From: Takakia lepidozioides
Taxonomy: Eukaryota > Plantae > Bryophyta
Assembly: GCA_030704615.1 (NCBI GenBank)
Contig: CM060733.1
Span: forward strand, 29,264,001-29,328,000
Direction: 5' to 3'
Length of the DNA: 64,000 nt
The position numbers and the translations under genes are program-made. The notes beneath the pieces were generated by a model. The model saw nothing but the letters and a program-made list of their open reading frames with translations. It did no database searches and was not told where the DNA came from. Below, in pieces: positions 12,725 to 24,649 of the stretch. Every line of letters begins with the position of its first letter. The first letter of the stretch is position 1.

Positions 12725-13251
12725 TATATATATATTTGGACTGCTTTTGTAATACATAGATGTATTGTAGATTTGTTTGTTAGTGTGTAGTGTCTTAGAA
12801 ATGTTATAATGTGGAGGTTGTAGGTTCAAGTATGCATTGTCTAATATATGTAGAACAATGTATGAACTGCCATTGGACAAAACCGGAGTCAATGGTCAAC
12901 TAGTTTTTGAAATTCAAATTCAAAATTTTCCACCTAAATTCAAATGTACCCCCTAAACTGTGATGTCTGGGGTCGCATTTACGACCCCCCGGACGTCCCT
13001 TATGTGGCATCGCAGAAAAAAACGTTTTTTTTTTTTTGGCGATGCCTGGACGTTGCAAGTCGCGCCGGTGCCGCGGCCGGGGGGTCCCGGGGGGTTTGCG
13101 ATTCCCCGACAACGCTAATTAGCGACGTTCCGGGGGCGACGTCGCAAAATGCCCTTGGCGCGCGCCTTGGGCGCCATAGAGTATTTTCATCGCTAATCGC
13201 GGCGGTTGGAGGTCGTTGGGGCATCGCTAAACCCCCCCAAACGTAGTAGTG
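12725..13251 (-). mobile_element. CACTA-type terminus and subterminal region (copy 2, same family as 2177-2703)
   Basis: Ends ...CCCCCCCAAACGTAGTAGTG at 13251 (reverse complement CACTACTACGTTTGGGGGGGTTT). Shares the block GTGTCTTAGAAATGTTATAA...GGAGTCAATGGTCAAC...TTCAAATGTACCCC with copy 1. Confidence 0.75.
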
Positions 13252-16040
13252 GCAGAAGTACTTGTGGAGAGAGCCATGTGTGTGAGTGCAGATATTTCAC
13301 AGAAAGCCAACGGTTCTGCGAGCCATGAGGAAGAAAAATGTAGAAAACATGACCTATACACGAGAGATAGCATGGTGAATGGTGTCGTGGGTTAGTACAG
13401 AGAGCACACTGTGAAGAGTGGGAACGTGAAGCTGGATCTTGATGTGTCTGAGTGTCATAGTCACGGAGAAGTATTGGCCTTGGGTCTATAGGCTGGTTGG
13501 ACTAACTAGGCGGTAGGGAGTAGATGATAAGAAGAACACTAGCCTGTGGAGAGAAGGCACCATGTAATTGATTGAAAAAGGGCACGGTCTAAGGTAATCG
13601 TGTGGGACAACCTTGAGAGGGAAAGCATTGGCACTATACGCTGCAGACTGTGAATGAACCAGAGGATCCAAGATATATATCAAAGTGTGGAGAGTCCTAG
13701 GCAAGTAGATGGAGTGTTGCGGGGAGGGACATACAAGAGCAGTGTGATGAGTACCTAATTGAGCGTTATACTATGCACAGGTTAAATGACCTAGCCCCAT
13801 ATTAGGGAGACTGGACAGTGACACAATGTACGGTAGGTAGTTGGAAACAGTTGGTCTGGAGTCCCCGCATATAGCTTCAAGGTGGGCATGTTCGGAATGC
13901 AAATGCATCTGCAGGGCGAGGGAGTGCCACATGTAGTTAGTATGCGGCACAAAACATGGTGGTAGCATATCAAGAGAGGAGAGCGTAGTATGTGAAAACA
14001 AAAGCAAGTGAATCACAGAGAGAGGAGAACGTAAAAATTGAGTGTGGCAAGAGGGTTCCCTGTAGAGCAGAGGGCATGTAGAGAGTATGCAATGTGCTTT
14101 GGGAGGTCGGCTGAGATATTTGCCTCCATGCTCAGTATCATTGCCCCAAAAACCACTCCACTAGCTGATGTGTCTACTCCTCATAGCAGGTGTTGTCCGC
14201 CACCAGTAAGTTCTAGTTGAGGGGGAAATGAGTGTGCCGTTGTTTGGATAGACCCACTCCAGAGCTAGCGAGACTGCATATCCCGAGGGAGACCGTTGAT
14301 TAGCATACACGGAGCCCCATGCTGCCCTGTGTCGGATCACAGCCGTGAAACTAAGGCCCCTAATCGTTGGTAGAACGGACAGAGTGAGGCCCAGATGGAG
14401 CGCATTTCAACCAATTGGGCTTCGTTGAGGTGTGTAAGTGTGTTGTTTGGCTAGCGGGCACTTGAGAGAGAGTACCCAATGTGTTGTAACAGTCTGTGAA
14501 TCAAGAGAGTAACGAGAGGTGCCACAAAAAGCTGTCGAATCCAAAGCAGCTGCATCTGTTACGTCTGTCTTGCAACGTGTATTCACTGCACCCATCCCAT
14601 TGGTCCTTGAGCTTCCTAGAAATTCCTCGGAGAACGCGTGTACCTGGTGCGATTTCATAACGCGGGTTACAGGCCGGGACACATGCCCAGCCAAGTCAGG
14701 GAATCGGTAGCCCATACTGATTTGTGGGTAAGCTTGCAAAGGTAGAAATGATGTATTTTGTCGATCCTTATGCTGAATAGGAGCGGGGCCATAAGGTCCC
14801 CGTCTAAGATGTTGCATTCTTCAGGCCCTTGAGAGGTAGTGTTGCTAGACATATGGGTTGAGAGCCTGGCCCACGCAAAGTATGATTCATACATTGCCAT
14901 CCCAACAGCAGATTTGTTGTAATTGCTATGCAGGTGTTGAAGTTGCTGCGGGTTGAGGGCGGGTTCAGTCGCAGGGTGGTGTAGTTGGCGGGTGAGAGAA
15001 ACATGCAGGGGGGGAAGGCTAGGGTGTCCCATCCGCTAGTTGTAACCCAGTTCTCAGCAACAATCGGGCGTGGGTCAGTGTCGACCAGATCAACTTCGTT
15101 ATCCCAGTAGCCGCTATCATCCCTCTTGAGCGTATGCACAATGAAGCCATGGAAAGGAGTTCCAGTGTTCGTTATAGTAGTACCTAAAAAGGCTAGCAGA
15201 GCTGACGCTCGTACATGGTGTGCAATGAGTTCGCTGGCCTGCGAGGTGAGAGAAATCCCAATGATAAAAATGCAGCTTGTGGTCTAGCTAGTTTGCATAG
15301 TAGGTCTGGCATCCAGGAACCAGCTCCCTCCAAATTGCGTAGCGGTTTTGCTGTTATGCGGTGGGTGGGGGACGTACATGGCAGCGCGAGGTCCATTCGG
15401 GGCCGCGCTGGCGTGCGATATGCACGAAGGGGAACAAGAGAATAATCCACGGACGAGCATCAAGAGCTTGAAGCAGCAGAGAGTGGCCCGGGATGGGCCA
15501 GGCTTCTGGGGGGTAGCTGAAGTCCCCTCCGAAAGCTTCAAAGAAGGGCTAGAGGGAGACGTACTGAATAACTTGTAGGGACTGTTGACAAGCCATTGGG
15601 AAGGGCAAGGAGACCTCCTCGCATTAGTGTCGTAGATGGAGGCAGGTGCTGTAGTAGAACTCGAGGAGATGGTCGTTTTGGAATCCTTGTGGTGAGCAGA
15701 AGTCTGTAGAATCCACTCCAAAAATACCTTGAAAGAAGCGCCATGAAGTGTCTGTAAGAAGCGTTGCGTGAGCAAGAGATGAGACGGTGCGACCGCCTCG
15801 TGGTAGCGCTGAGAGTAGAAGCTGAGGCCATGGCGGCGGCCATGGCTGAATATAGAGACCCAGGCAAATAAGCGGCACAGCCAAACTGAGGAGCTAAGAG
15901 AACCAGAGATCGGGGGATATAGCGGAACCCTATACGATTAGTCATGGCTAAAATCCCTGGTAAGATGCATACATGAGCACAACGGGAGGGCGGAGCGCCC
16001 CCCCCCCCGTGGGAATCCGGCGCCAATTTCTTGATTCGTA
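13252..16040 (-). other. Unclassified decayed coding-like sequence, probably a TE-derived ORF remnant
   Basis: More GC-rich than its flanks, broken minus-strand ORFs with Cys/His clusters, strand bias similar to the nearby Dualen-like fragment; no diagnostic motif recognised. Confidence 0.3.
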
Positions 16041-16099
16041 AGTAAGTTGAGGCTGGCACTTAAGGGTACAAGATTCGAATGGCCAGGCTGTACTTCTGT

Positions 16100-17320
16100 T
16101 GCAGCTCATTTGATATGTATAGAGATCACTTTCCCTTATTCCAAGCTTGTTGCTAATTCATCTTTAACATCTTCAGAGCTTGGGATGCTGATTGGTTTGG
16201 CGCTGGTTGATTCCTCCACATATTTGAGCATCACAATCTCAGTAGTTTCACAAGGATTTGCTTCATGCACGTCTTGATTGTTGTCATAATGATCTTCAAT
16301 TTGGTCTTCTGGACTTGGATGAGACTTGAATAAAGATTGAACAAGTATAGGCTCCATAGCTGCGATCTAGAAGTCACTATTGAATGCCCTGTCCAGACCT
16401 ATCTTCTTCCAACCTTTCTTCACACTCTCGTCCACGTGTGATGTGGTTCCATGCGTTGTACAACCAACAGGGTAGGTGCTATTTCAGTGTCACAAGACGG
16501 AGATCACCCTTAGGAAATTCACAAGCTTTGACTTGATTACGTTGCAGGTCCATCCATTGAACTCTCTCTTGAATGCATTCTTGAAAGGCCTTTGAATGAC
16601 CACATTTGTTGGCTGCAAGACGTCGGTACAATTAGCAGGGACGTACAATAGATATATTTGAGGATATTCCTTCACCATGTCTCTAAACTCAATACTAGTA
16701 TGTACTGACCAGAATCGATGAGCCATATCATCTTCTGTCCATTGGGTAGGCCAAGTTCTTTGCATTGTGATTTGTAGTATGGCAATAAGATCATGTCCAC
16801 AAACTGCTTGCAAGTCTGTATGGTAGACCAATGATTTTGAGTATTGGTGAAATGAAAGCCAGCGGCTAGACATTACTTTTGACCAAGAGTTGCAGGTGGA
16901 AGTGAACGAGTTGTGGTTCCATTGAAATCACTTATAACGGTAGACATTTTCCTGTAGCTACAGATGAAACAACTGCAGTAATCTGTCTTTTGTCATCTTG
17001 GCCTATCACATGAATGTGCTTAGAACCCTTGGTCACCCATGTCCTTTCACCTCCTGCAGGAACAATGTGCACCCCTGTTGGGTCCGTGTTCACAACTAGC
17101 TCAGGTTATATAATAATTAGATAATATGCTACCCTTTGGGCCATCAAGGTCCCTTGCGCCCAATCAACTTGTAGTTTTGAAGTAGCGGTGGTGGAAACCC
17201 GGTATGACCAGTTAAGATACGTTTGTAAAAAAATCCGTATACACCGAAGGCTCACTCGAAACTTGCAAGAGCCACCAAGTTCGCTTAATAGTTGAGGTGC
17301 TCGAAGCTCGATGATGCCTT
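16100..17320 (-). pseudogene. pogo/Tigger-like (DDE_1, CENP-B family) transposase remnant
   Basis: Minus-strand peptides LNWSYRVSTTATSKL, PELVVNTDPTGVHIVPAGGERTW..KG.KHIHVIGQDDKRQIT and YVPANCTDVLQPTNVVIQRPFKNAFK; frameshifted. Confidence 0.8.
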
Positions 17321-17323
17321 GAC

Positions 17324-20240
17324 GAGAGAGAGAGAGAAGACTCCGGCCGAGGCCGGCATAACTAAGAGCCACTTCGCCTTGCAGCTACTGCGCATTTTCA
17401 GGGGTGGGCCAAGGCTATGTAAAAATAACCGGTGTCCCCTGTCCCCCCAGTTAACCAGTCGGGGGGGTGGTATCTGGTAGAGACGGTACGGAGTCATACC
17501 CAAGGGGAGGCCCCAAGGGGGGCACCCCATGGGTGCCTGCCGGGTATCCATGTATAGGAGGCAAGAGCAGGGTTTGTTTCGAGCTGTCTTTTGTTGGTGA
17601 TGATAGCAGTGAGAGAACGGAGGGCCGTGAGGTGTATAGCTTTGAAGCATTTATGGATGGAGATGATGGGAAGATTAAATTTATTTTGAAGTTCAAAGAT
17701 GCTGGCATTGTGGATACCCCCTTTGGTGCCGGTAGTGATGACAGTGAGGGGGCCTGTGGCCCATCCCGTCTGGCCGATAGCAAAAATGAGCGGTGCATAT
17801 TTTTGGCGTTTTTTGAGGATGGAGGAGCTGGGGAAGAGGTCATTGCAAAATATGAATTCTAAAAAGTGTATGGTAATGGCGGGAGATGGAGCAGAGGGTG
17901 GTGGAGCGTTGATGGGGAGCCCATGGACTACGAGGATATCCGGACAGAGGCGGGAAGAGCATGTACATGATGTGTGGGGGCGACATATACAGGGGAGTAG
18001 CCACGTAGGTACCGTGTGGTTTGGGGCCGACCTTGGTAGGTGCCCGCATTGATGAGGGAGAACCTTCTAGTTTCATTACGTCATTGTAGGAGTTTGTGGA
18101 TGTGCCATACAGCGTGGTTGTGTCGTGCAATACGAAGCCCATGAATGACGGGGTGGGGGCATTGACTAAGCAGGTGGAGCTAGGTATCACGTGTGGCGTG
18201 GATGTGGGAGCACAAAGGGCAGTTTGGTGAGGGGTATATGGCTGGCCAGAAGATGTGTTTGCGTTGATAGCCCATGTACTGGGCGTATCGGAATTTAAGG
18301 GTCTGTCGTATTTGAGCGTCTGATGCAGCTTTGGTGTGCCAGGAGTGGTTGGAGAGTTTGTGGTGGAGTACATCGGAGAGGGTCCACTTTTGGATATGCA
18401 ATTTGGTATGGCTGATTTGGTCAGTTGTATATATACATATGCATATGCAGGACGTTGACTTTTAGATGACTACAACTGATGGTGTCATCAATTGAATTTG
18501 AATTACTCATTAAAACCAGAAAAAAAATATGTCATTGGATTCCTAGCTTCAATACGCACCCATAGCAACTCTCCAATCATGAATCCGATAAGAAATGACT
18601 CCGCTATGGACTTTTGAACACCGACATTGTGGACTATCACCGCAATGAATGGAATTACAATGGACTCAAGTTCTCATATGTACCATTGGTGAATTCCACT
18701 GAAATTTGGATATAAGATGGCCATTTTGGTCCACATCATAGGTGTGGTTTGAAGTGGCAAAATCATTTGTCATTTGACTCATATGGACTAATATATGTAA
18801 AACAAATAGACGTTTTTTGAAAAGTCCATAGTTCATCTTGTTTTTTGGATTTTGGGAGTCATTTTTTTTCTAGAGGTATAAAAACCTATAATCTTCAATG
18901 GCTAGGTGGCATATTGAATGTTTTTTGTAAACTCTATTTTTTAGTTTTTCATAATTTATCTAAATAAAAGACTAAAATATTTAATAAATTATATCTTTAA
19001 TATTTGGGATAGGACTCTTTACTAAACATCTTCAGTATACCATTATCTATCACTAAAAATATATTTTGGATAGTATCCTCAACTTTTATTTTTTTGGTCA
19101 TGGACTTTCATAGAACAGGATCTACCGTTTTTGGTCCACTCAACCCTGCAACTGCCCATATAAATATGTGGAGCGTTTAAGGGGTTACGGATGTATCGAG
19201 CGTCGATTGGTTGGGTTTGAGAAACATGATGTTGGTGGGTGAGCGCTAAGTAATTGGTGTTAGTTGTTTTGTAGAAGGTGATAAGGAGGCTGCGGTTGTG
19301 AGTAGGGTCGCAATCATCATGGGACCCAAAGAGGTCGTCTTTGATCTGCCAGGTGTTATCAGTTGCAGGGAAACCCCGCCCATTTTACATAGGTAATATG
19401 TGTCAACACAAGTGACGCCGTATACGTCGAGAGAGGTTTGAGTCTTGATGCCGAGAATAGCTTCAATGACGAAGGCCTCGGGGTGGTTGGGGTTGGCTAG
19501 GTAGGGGGAAAGATGGGGGGTAGGTTGTTCATGGCAATTAATGGGGACGGGGGGGGGGGGGGGGGGGGGGGGGGGTGGGGGAGAAGCGGGGGAGGGGGGG
19601 GGGGTTCGGGGAGAGGGAGCTTCGGAGAGTTATGGAAGGCCGTAAGCTGTTGTAGTATTGAGGGGGCTGGGGGTTTTGAATTATGGGAGGAGGTCTTGCT
19701 TGTTATGGGGGAAGAGTAGGCATGGTAGGTCACAGTCGAGGGTGCACAAGGCTGTCTGGTGACAAAATAAAGATCGGAGATGAAGCATGTATCTACATGT
19801 TTTGATGGTAGCACGGGAGTGTTTCAGGGTAAATTGGTTTGGAGTAAGCAGCCGGTTCCCCGTGGCAGTTGTGAGCTGGGTGAGAGTTGTAATATGACGT
19901 GCCTTAAAGTAGGCAAGGACAAGTTTTCTTTCACGGGGGTGACTGGTTTCAAATTGAGTGAAGAATGGGCTGCTGAGCCATGCGCGTTCAAGTTGAGATA
20001 TGGAGTTGGAATATCCGGGGAGGTCGGTTTGAATGCTGATTTTCAATTGTCGTAGGATAAATAACGTGCGGGCGGTGGGGGAGTGGAGGCAGGATTGGGA
20101 GTGGAGAGGTGGGAGGGAGCATAAGCCATTATATTTATACGCTATGTGTTTAAAGAGTCATCGGAAGATTAGTCCGAGACGGCCTGGGTCGTTAAGAGCC
20201 TCTATAAGTTGTGAGCTGAGGGTGTGAGCGTATGAGATGA
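17324..20240 (-). mobile_element. 5'-truncated Dualen/RandI-like non-LTR retrotransposon: post-RT region, chromodomain, zinc knuckle, restriction-like endonuclease (RLE), 3' UTR ending in (TC)n
   Basis: ALNDPGRLG (~20190); chromodomain-like 19335-19475; CPLC...HLLSQC...ARHNHAV (18100-18225); PDILV...FLEFIFCND...KRQKYAPL (17780-17945); stop ~17493; (GA)n at 17324-17337. Stops and frameshifts present. Confidence 0.75.
18430..19165. mobile_element. AT-rich non-coding insertion (MITE-like) interrupting the Dualen-like element
   Basis: Abrupt compositional change; imperfect inverted ends TGCAGGACGTTGA (~18445) and TCAACCCTGCA (~19140). Confidence 0.45.
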
Positions 20241-20476
20241 TTAGGGGGCTAGAACCGATCCCAAAACTGTCCTGGGGGAGTTCTTATGTGGCCAGAACTC
20301 ATAACATGAAAAAACAACCAGGTAGGCAGCGGGTCTCCAAGAAATGAACCTGCATTGAATGAGACATAGGGAAAACAGTCCAGAGATCCAACCCTTAAAA
20401 AATGCGTGCAGTGACGCACTCAATTTTGGAGGGTCATAAAGGTAGAAGGTGAACCTGCTTAGTTCAAATGACCCAC

Positions 20477-20700
20477 CTGTACAGGACCCTTTTCATGGCT
20501 CCCTCGGCTCCGAACTGCTACTCGAACTCTTTTGTGCGGGATATGCCCCCCTCCCTGGCAAACTCTTTGAAGAAACAGTTACTCCACGCTGTCGCCTTCC
20601 ACTGTCTCAAGTAATCCTCCAGAGTATCTTCGGGCAAGGTCATCGTCATCTTGTAAACATTTAGCTGCTTCTCCAGCACCTGGTTCGCACGAGCTTCAAT
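20477..20700 (-). pseudogene. Isolated exon of an unknown gene family, paralogous to exon 25988-26202
   Basis: CAG acceptor and GTGGGT donor; IEARANQVLEKQ...LEDY...FFKEF...EFE*QFGAEGAMKRVLYR with one internal stop. Confidence 0.55.
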
Positions 20701-22184
20701 CTGTCAAGAGACACAATCCTCAATGCTAGGGAAGATCCTTCTGTAAATTCAAGGTAAGACAGTCCACAAGATTACCTGGCTCCAGTACGTGGCTGCCATG
20801 TATCAGATCGCTGAAGGGCCTGATGTGGCCAGTGTTTTCGTCTCTTTCCCCCTTTGGGAAGCAATTTTCAGAATATGGGTGAGCTACTAGGGAACGATTA
20901 ATGTTGTGAAAAATCAAAGTTGACAAAGATGTGGATGATATGTAGAGAATGTGGTAGTGTCGAGGTTGGATGATTCATCATTGATTGCTTATACTTGACA
21001 ACTTAGTATGGACACCCTCATCCTCTTAAATTTGACTAATAGTTGTTTATTACAGTGAATTTGGAAGTGAAAATATCAAATAATAACACGAAAACTTTTG
21101 TAACTTGTAGGAGGGCAAAACTCATTGATTGAACATGATGTTACAGGTTTCAAATTCATATATATGATCCAAACTTTGGTCTCAGGGAAAGATTATAAAT
21201 ATATTAAATGCCCCACGTTGACGTGATGATTATCGCAATATGTAGCGAGACAAGACTATTGGCACAATAGCCTTCTTGAGCACATATAATTGAAATGTTT
21301 ATTGATCCCAAATCTAGCTATAGTTTATATTTCAAGCTTTCCAAAAGACACTTCTATGGATATTCAAATCATGAACCTGGATCAAATTACTATATTTTTA
21401 CCTCTCTAATTATAAATAACTTATACAACTGTGATGGTCTCATCAAGGTGCAAAGATTTTCAATCAGAATGATTAAACTAAGATCTATGTGAAAGCAACA
21501 TTGTAGCCCATAGAAATGCATGCTTATGTAGGTAACCCTCAATAAAGTTGATGTCTTGCACCTAAGCATTGTGCTACAACGTATATCATTGTCCAACCAT
21601 CCTTCATACCATACAATCCTAGAAAGTTATGCCACAATCATCATTTTAGCTGGTGGCTACATCCCTAAAACATGTATCAACCTTATTGGATCCCTGTTAT
21701 GTCCCTCGTTGCACACTTCTTAAAATCTGAAGTCTATGCTCAAGAGGTCGAGTGCAAAGAGAGCCTCATGATTAGTCATTTAATTGTAATCCATGATCTT
21801 CTGTTGTTGACTAGCAATAACATCTTGATAGGGCCAGGGCATTAGGCTCACCCTCAGGATCAGCCTCAATGGAAACCCAAAAGTAAGAGAGCTCATATTC
21901 TGTCAGTTACCAACACAATTCCATCAGTGACGAAGGTCAACGAAGGTGAACAAGAACATTTCAATCTGCCCAATGAACCTGCCTGAAAAAATAAATTAGA
22001 GTTTGAAATTGATAATAAGATCACATTCCAAAAAGCAAAAATATATATATTTTTCACCAGCATCCCTGGACATTTCCATAGCATACGATAATCCAAGCTA
22101 GAGATTAAAATGGCTAAAAAACATGCAAAATTCTTCCACGTTCGTGCATAATTCTTCCACGTTAGAAATCCATATATAATGTTG

Positions 22185-22186
<2 letters not shown>

Positions 22187-22230
<44 letters not shown>
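22187..22230. repeat. Poly(T) tract, 44 nt
   Basis: Uninterrupted T run. Confidence 0.95.
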
Positions 22231-24649
22231 CCGACATCCGTTTATTTTGTTTTTACCTTTATGTTCTCCCGCTCAGCCTCCACCTTCGACAGCCAAAGGT
22301 GGCGTGTCAGTACAATCCCGTGTCATTTTTCATTATTGTTTCTCACAAATCCAAGCATACAATTATGGGCAGCCCGAGAAAAATATTATATTGCCACGTG
22401 GTCGCCGTTTCCGCATCCACGTCACACTGAGGCTGATGACTGATGGCTGATAGCTGATAGAATAGAAAATCCCCAAAAGTAATACACTCCAGCTTTACAA
22501 AGTTGTCGTCAGAAATTTTCATTACTTAAAGGTTATTCAATTTTTCCCTTGTCTGCAAATGAGTACTGGCACAAATCGTATTAGATATCTCAGATTGACC
22601 ACTGGCTGACCATCTCTATTTCATTTTTGGCACATCCAGTACCTTTGCTCTCTTTTCTTTGGCCCCCTCTTTAATTATGCATAAGTTTTCAAGTTAACAA
22701 GAGCATATCAGTAGCTCTGTAGCAATACTTTGTACCACTAGCTCAACGTTCAAGTTCTAGGCCTTTAACCTTATTAGTCTTCAACGAGTATCCATGACAT
22801 TGGACTTCCACTAGCTAGATGTTCAATTCATTATTAATAATGTGAATGCCATGGCGAAACAACTAGATCACTTAAGTCTTATGGTGCTACTTAACTCCGA
22901 ATGGCTATTGCCTTTTGATCATGGGAAGGTAATCACATTTGTGACATCTAACATGTGATTTGCCTTTACCATTGTGCTAAATGTTGGTTGTTAGGTTCAT
23001 TGTTAGTCCTAGAACTACACGTTGCTTCCCATTTTTCTACTAGTGACGACTTCTAAGAGCAATGTTCATCTTGATAAGTTATGTAGCGTGCTTAGAACTT
23101 CTAGTGAAAATGAGACTGCCGACCACAAAGAGCAAAGACAAGCCACGTTGAAAGGAAGAGAGAGATAGGGCTAATCATGTCAAGACTAGTAAAGAATTAG
23201 TTTGATGTTTTATTTTTTGTCTTAAGAGTGGAAAGACCTAACCCTAGAGAGCTAACCATGCAATGGGATCTCTAAGTAGGGTGTGGGTTCTCTTTTTGTT
23301 GGCCACTAGGCCTTATTTTCATGTGTGAAGCTAACTAAGCATGCGAGAGAAGCCAACCCACTAACATTTGGGTAGATGCTTGCATGAAGCTTGGTGGGAA
23401 ACCTTCTTTATATTTTTATTTTTCTTGAAGCAAGTGGAGAAGCAAGGTGGAAGAGCTAGAAAAGTTTTGATGTTTTTTTCAAGTATATTTTGTCACTGGA
23501 ATTTTATTTTTCATGCATAACTAATTTACAGGTCAGAAATCTGATCTAATGTGGCCTCCCTGGCTTGGTTAAGCCATGGAGGACCATAGCTAACCTTTGG
23601 GGAGGGTAGGCTAGCCCATTTGCGGTTAGCTTTGTATTATTTTCTTGTTTTTTTTAGGTGAAGGCAAAAAAGCTATGGATTCATGACAGGGTTCCCAAAA
23701 GTGAAGCGCCATAAAGGGGATACCATGGCTATAGCCAAAGGATGGCTAATGATGTGAAGCGGGCTGCAGGCCCCATGTACCTTGAGGCGTTGACCACCCC
23801 AACCCCTAAGCTGCTCGACAACAGCCGCGCAGGGGGGGGGGGGGTGGGGTGGGGTAGGCCGTGTTTGCCACTTAAGTTATTCCTGGCTGTACCCAACGGT
23901 CCGTTGCTTTACCCGCGCTGCCGCGACCAACGGTCCGTCGCCTCGTCCTACTGTGCCTCGCCACACGTGGCCCTGCGCGGGTCTGCGACCAGCGGGCAAA
24001 AGGGATGGGACCGACTAGCGGATAATAGCTTAAGGGGGGGGCGGGGGGGGGGGTCTTAGGTAGAAAAATACATTGTGAATGGTTTTTGTCTTGGTCAATC
24101 GAGGAAGTTTTGATATGTTGTCCTCTTAGCGGCTGGGTCGGAAATTAGAATAGAGGGTTGAGGGCCCCGAGGCCTTCGTTTTGGTATGTCATAGGTGGTC
24201 AGATGGGGAATCGGCCGCTCGGCTCACACCGAGACACCTTGCTCACGAAAGCGGACGAGAAGTAAAAAGCTTTTGGGAGGGGTAGAAGGGGGTTTGGAGT
24301 GGGAGAGGGAGTTATATCTGTTTGCACCCAGTCTTAAAATGCACTTAGGAAGGTGGAGGAACCAACAGTGGACCCACCAAGATATATTATTCATATGTGA
24401 GAAGCGTTTTTTGAGGAATGGGGAAGAGTGGATGGTTAGCCATGGATGGATGAGGGACGGATGAGATTAACAATATTTTATCCATAGGATGGATGAACGG
24501 TGGATGAAAAGATGATGAGGAATGCAGTTTTCATCCGTTTACAGGGATGAACATTTCAGCGGCAGATTTTTGACTCCCAGATTTTCTCACGCCACAATGC
24601 AGATGTTTTGGTTCTGTAGGCATGACATAATGACTTGTTTATTTGACAA

